IMG/VR virus record: IMGVR_UViG_2706794698_000012
Length of the DNA stretch: 7,403 bases
Strand: one strand, 5' to 3'
Source of the DNA: a virus
Taxonomy: Duplodnaviria; Heunggongvirae; Uroviricota; Caudoviricetes
The translations under genes and the position numbers were made by a program. The notes under the pieces were generated by a model, which searched no databases, was not told the DNA's origin, and was given only the letters and a program-made list of their open reading frames with translations. The stretch's first letter is position 1; every line of letters starts with the position of its first letter. Positions 4,197 to 7,403 of the stretch are shown one piece after another.

Positions 4197-6616
4197 TTGA
4201 ATCGACCTGTGCCACTCTGGACTACCTGATCGTTAAGTCAGGTAAAAAACTGAGCAGCTATTTTAAAGCTGTTGCCACGAATTTTCCTGTCGTTAATGAC
4301 CTGCCCGCTGAAGGTGAGATCGATTTTACCTGGAGTGAACGCTATCAACTCAGCAAAGACTCCATGACATGGGAACTAAAACCGGGAGCAGCACCAGACA
4401 ACGCTCACTATCAAGGCAATACCAACGTCAACGGCGAAGACATGACTGAGATTGAGGAGAATATGCTACTCCCAATTTCTGGCCAGGNNNNNNNNNNNNN
4501 NNNNNNNNNNNNNNNNNNNNNNNNNNNNNNNNNNNNNNNNNNNNNNNNNNNNNNNNNNNNNNNNNNNNNNNNNNNNNNNNNNNNNNNNNNNNNNNNNNNN
4601 NNNNNNNNNNNNNNNNNNNNNNNNNNNNNNNNNNNNNNNNNNNNNNNNNNNNNNNNNNNNNNNNNNNNNNNNNNNNNNNNNNNNNNNNNNNNNNNNNNNN
4701 NNNNNNNNNNNNNCGGTGCTAATGCTGGCGGCGGAAACCTCACCGATCGCGGCGAAGGTTTCGTACACGATCTGACGTCACTGGCGCGGGACGTAGCCAC
4801 TGGCGTACTGGCCCGTTCAATGGATCTGGACATCTATAACCTTCATCCGGCACACGCTAAACGCATTGAGGAAATTATCGCTGAAAATAAACCGCCCTTT
4901 TCTGTTTTCCGCGACAAATTCATCACCATGCCTGGCGGGCTGGATTATTCCCGCGCCATCGTGGTTGCGTCCGTAAAAGAAGCACCAATTGGGATCGAGG
5001 TCATCCCCGCGCACGTCACTGAATATCTGAACAAAGTACTGACTGAAACCGATCATGCCAACCCTGATCCGGAAATCGTGGATATTGCCTGCGGTCGCTC
5101 CTCTGCCCCGATGCCGCAGCGAGTAACAGAAGAAGGAAAACAGGATGATGAAGAAAAACCGCAACCATCTGGAACAACGGCAGTTGAACAGGGAGAGGCT
5201 GAAACAATGGAACCGGACGCAACTGAACATCATCAGGACACGCAGCCGCTGGATGCTCAGTCACAGGTAAATTCTGTTGATGCGAAATATCAGGAACTGC
5301 GGGCAGAACTCCATGAAGCCCGGAAAAACATTCCATCAAAAAATCCTGTCGATGCCGATAAATTGCTTGCTGCATCACGTGGTGAATTTGTTGACGGAAT
5401 TAGCGACCCGAACGATCCGAAATGGGTAAAGGGGATCCAGACTCGCGATTGTGTGTACCAGAACCAGCCAGAAACGGAAAAAACCAGCCCGGATATGAAT
5501 CAACCTGAGCCAGTAGTGCAACAGGAACCGGAAATAGCCTGCAATGCCTGCGGCCAGACTGGCGGGGATAACTGCCCTGACTGTGGTGCGGTGATGGGCG
5601 ACGCAACATACCAGGAAACATTCGATGAAGAGAGTCAGGTTGAAGCTAAGGAAAATGATCCGGAGGAAATGGAAGGCGCTGAACATCCGCACAATGAGAA
5701 TGCTGGCAGCGATCCGCATCGCGATTGCAGTGATGAAACTGGCGAAGTCGCAGATCCCGTAATCGTAGAAGACATAGAGCCAGGTATTTATTACGGAATT
5801 TCGAATGAGAATTACCACGCGGGTCCCGGTGTCAGTAAGTCTCAGCTCGATGACATTGCTGATACTCCGGCACTGTATTTGTGGCGTAAAAATGCCCCCG
5901 TGGACACCACAAAGACAAAAACGCTCGATTTAGGAACCGCTTTCCACTGCCGGGTACTTGAGCCGGAAGAATTCAGTAACCGCTTTATCGTAGCACCTGA
6001 ATTTAACCGCCGGACAAACTCCGGAAAAGAAGAAGAGAAAGCGTTTCTGAGGGAATGCGCAAGCACAGGAAAAACGGTTATCACTGCCGAAGAAGGCCGG
6101 AANNNNNNNNNNNNNNNNNNNNNNNNNNNNNNNNNNNNNNNNNNNNNNNNNNNNNNNNNNNNNNNNNNNNNNNNNNNNNNNNNNNNNNNNNNNNNNNNNN
6201 NNNNNNNNNNNNNNNNNNNNNNNNNNNNNNNNNNNNNNNNNNNNNNNNNNNNNNNNNNNNNNNNNNNNNNNNNNNNNNNNNNNNNNNNNNNNNNNNNNNN
6301 NNNNNNNNNNNNNNNNNNNNNNNNNNNNNNNNNNNNNNNNNNNNNNNNNNNNNNNNNNNNNNNNNNNNNCAGTGACGGTTATGAAGCACAGTTTGGAGTG
6401 CAGCCAACTTTCGTTTTTCTGGTTGCCAGCACAACTATTGAATGCGGACGTTATCCGGTTGAAATTTTCATGATGGGCGAAGAAGCAAAACTGGCAGGTC
6501 AGCTGGAATATCACCGCAATCTGCGAACCCTGGCTGACTGCCTCAATACCGATGAATGGCCAGCTATTAAGACGTTATCACTGCCCCGCTGGGCTAAGGA
6601 ATATGCAAATGACTAA
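4016..6616 (+). CDS. recE: Exodeoxyribonuclease VIII RecE; start codon masked, start coordinate estimated
   Basis: A single frame carries ...[32 protein letters not shown]... (from 4199), [53 protein letters not shown]... and the C-terminus ...[20 protein letters not shown], stop TAA 6614-6616. The frame is the same on both sides of the N blocks 4488-4713 and 6103-6369. Start 4016 assumes the recalled 866-aa length; my recalled racC-recE spacing would instead put it near 4107, so the true start is anywhere in 4006-4196. The track start at 3890 is rejected because it overlaps racC. Confidence 0.85.
4488..4713. other. Masked block of 226 N inside recE
   Basis: Run of n characters; recE frame is preserved across it. 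Confidence 1.
6103..6369. other. Masked block of 267 N inside recE (C-terminal nuclease region)
   Basis: Run of n characters; recE frame is preserved across it. Confidence 1.
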
Positions 6617-7403
6617 GCAACCACCAATCGCAAAAGCCGATCTGCAAAAAACTCAGGGAAACCGTGCACCAGCAGCAATTAAAAATAACGACGTGATTAG
6701 TTTTATTAACCAGCCATCAATGAAAGAGCAACTGGCAGCAGCTCTTCCACGCCATATGACGGCTGAACGTATGATCCGTATCGCCACCACAGAAATTCGT
6801 AAAGTTCCGGCGTTAGGAAACTGTGACACTATGAGTTTTGTCAGTGCAATCGTACAGTGTTCACAGCTCGGACTTGAGCCCGGTAGCGCCCTCGGTCATG
6901 CATATTTACTGCCTTTTGGTAATAAAAACGAAAAGAGCGGTAAAAAAAACGTTCAGCTAATCATTGGCTATCGCGGCATGATTGATCTGGCTCGCCGTTC
7001 AGGTCAAATCGCCAGCCTGTCAGCCCGTGTTGTCCGTGAAGGTGACGAGTTTAATTTCGAATTTGGCCTTGATGAAAAGTTAATACACCGCCCAGGAGAA
7101 AACGAAGATGCCCCTGTTACCCACGTCTATGCTGTCGCAAGACTGAAAGACGGAGGTACTCAGTTTGAAGTTATGACGCGCAAACAGATTGAGCTGGTGC
7201 GCAGCCAGAGTAAAGCTGGTAATAACGGGCCGTGGGTAACTCACTGGGAAGAAATGGCAAAGAAAACGGCTATTCGTCGCCTGTTCAAATATCTGCCCGT
7301 ATCAATTGAGATCCAGCGTGCAGTATCAATGGATGAAAAGGAACCACTGACAATCGATCCTGCAGATTCCTCTGTATTAACCGGGGAATACAGTGTAATC
7401 GAT
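6609..7403 (+). CDS. recT: Recombinase RecT (single-strand annealing protein), first 265 codons; 3' end beyond window
   Basis: ATG 6609 overlaps the recE stop by 8 nt; AAGGA Shine-Dalgarno at about 6596-6600. Product [106 protein letters not shown]... is open to the window end. Not in the track because it is truncated. Confidence 0.95.
   Translation, partial: MTKQPPIAKADLQKTQGNRAPAAIKNNDVISFINQPSMKEQLAAALPRHMTAERMIRIATTEIRKVPALGNCDTMSFVSAIVQCSQLGLEPGSALGHAYLLPFGNKNEKSGKKNVQLIIGYRGMIDLARRSGQIASLSARVVREGDEFNFEFGLDEKLIHRPGENEDAPVTHVYAVARLKDGGTQFEVMTRKQIELVRSQSKAGNNGPWVTHWEEMAKKTAIRRLFKYLPVSIEIQRAVSMDEKEPLTIDPADSSVLTGEYSVID

Noticed and set aside
4411-6514. Minus-strand and alternative-frame ORFs inside recE (4411..4833, 4452..4775, 4466..4768, 4817..5233, 5016..5378, 5375..5818, 5400..5621, 5842..6084, 5930..6514, 6055..6375, 6081..6434)
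   Set aside because: All are antisense or out of frame within the recognised recE coding sequence. Several are mostly X from masking; the rest have Cys/Phe/Arg-rich low-complexity products typical of shadow ORFs.
7193-7200. Near-Chi sequence GCTGGTGC
   Set aside because: Differs from the Chi octamer GCTGGTGG at the last base; no exact Chi site was seen in either orientation in the regions I scanned.
1-7403. CRISPR array, tRNA/rRNA genes, insertion sequence or integrase
   Set aside because: No regularly spaced direct repeats with unique spacers, no tRNA-like cloverleaf candidates, and no terminal inverted repeats flanking a transposase-like ORF were seen. The repeats that do occur are short and fit operator or iteron interpretations.

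Overview
The window reads as the immunity / early-recombination region of an Escherichia coli Rac-type (lambdoid, cryptic) prophage, and I do not see convincing evidence of a wholly undescribed system in the visible sequence. Gene order, from protein sequences I recognise (no database search was possible): ydaU (partial, -), ydaT (-), ydaS (-) | racR (+) | ydaG (+), ydaF (+) | sieB (-) | kilR (+), ydaE (+), racC (+), recE (+), recT (partial, +). Several of these are under 60 aa or run off the window edge, so they are missing from the supplied ORF track and were found by direct translation. Four N-masked blocks (1534-1784, 3946-4196, 4488-4713, 6103-6369) hide the racR 3' end, the racC stop / recE start junction and two internal recE segments; flanking reading frames are consistent with the masks preserving length. 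No rRNA, tRNA, CRISPR array, transposase or integrase is visible. The most interesting unexplained structure is regulatory or cis-acting: an AGTACAT motif repeated on both sides of racR (a lambda OR/OL-like layout), an iteron-like repeat array plus GATC/AT-rich segment inside ydaU (candidate origin), and a terminator-like hairpin upstream of kilR. Also flagged are two tiny ORFs (ydaG, ydaF) in the position that rexAB occupies in lambda, and Cys4 motifs in ydaE and in the RecE linker. All functional statements beyond ORF structure are inference or recalled knowledge and need a search to confirm.
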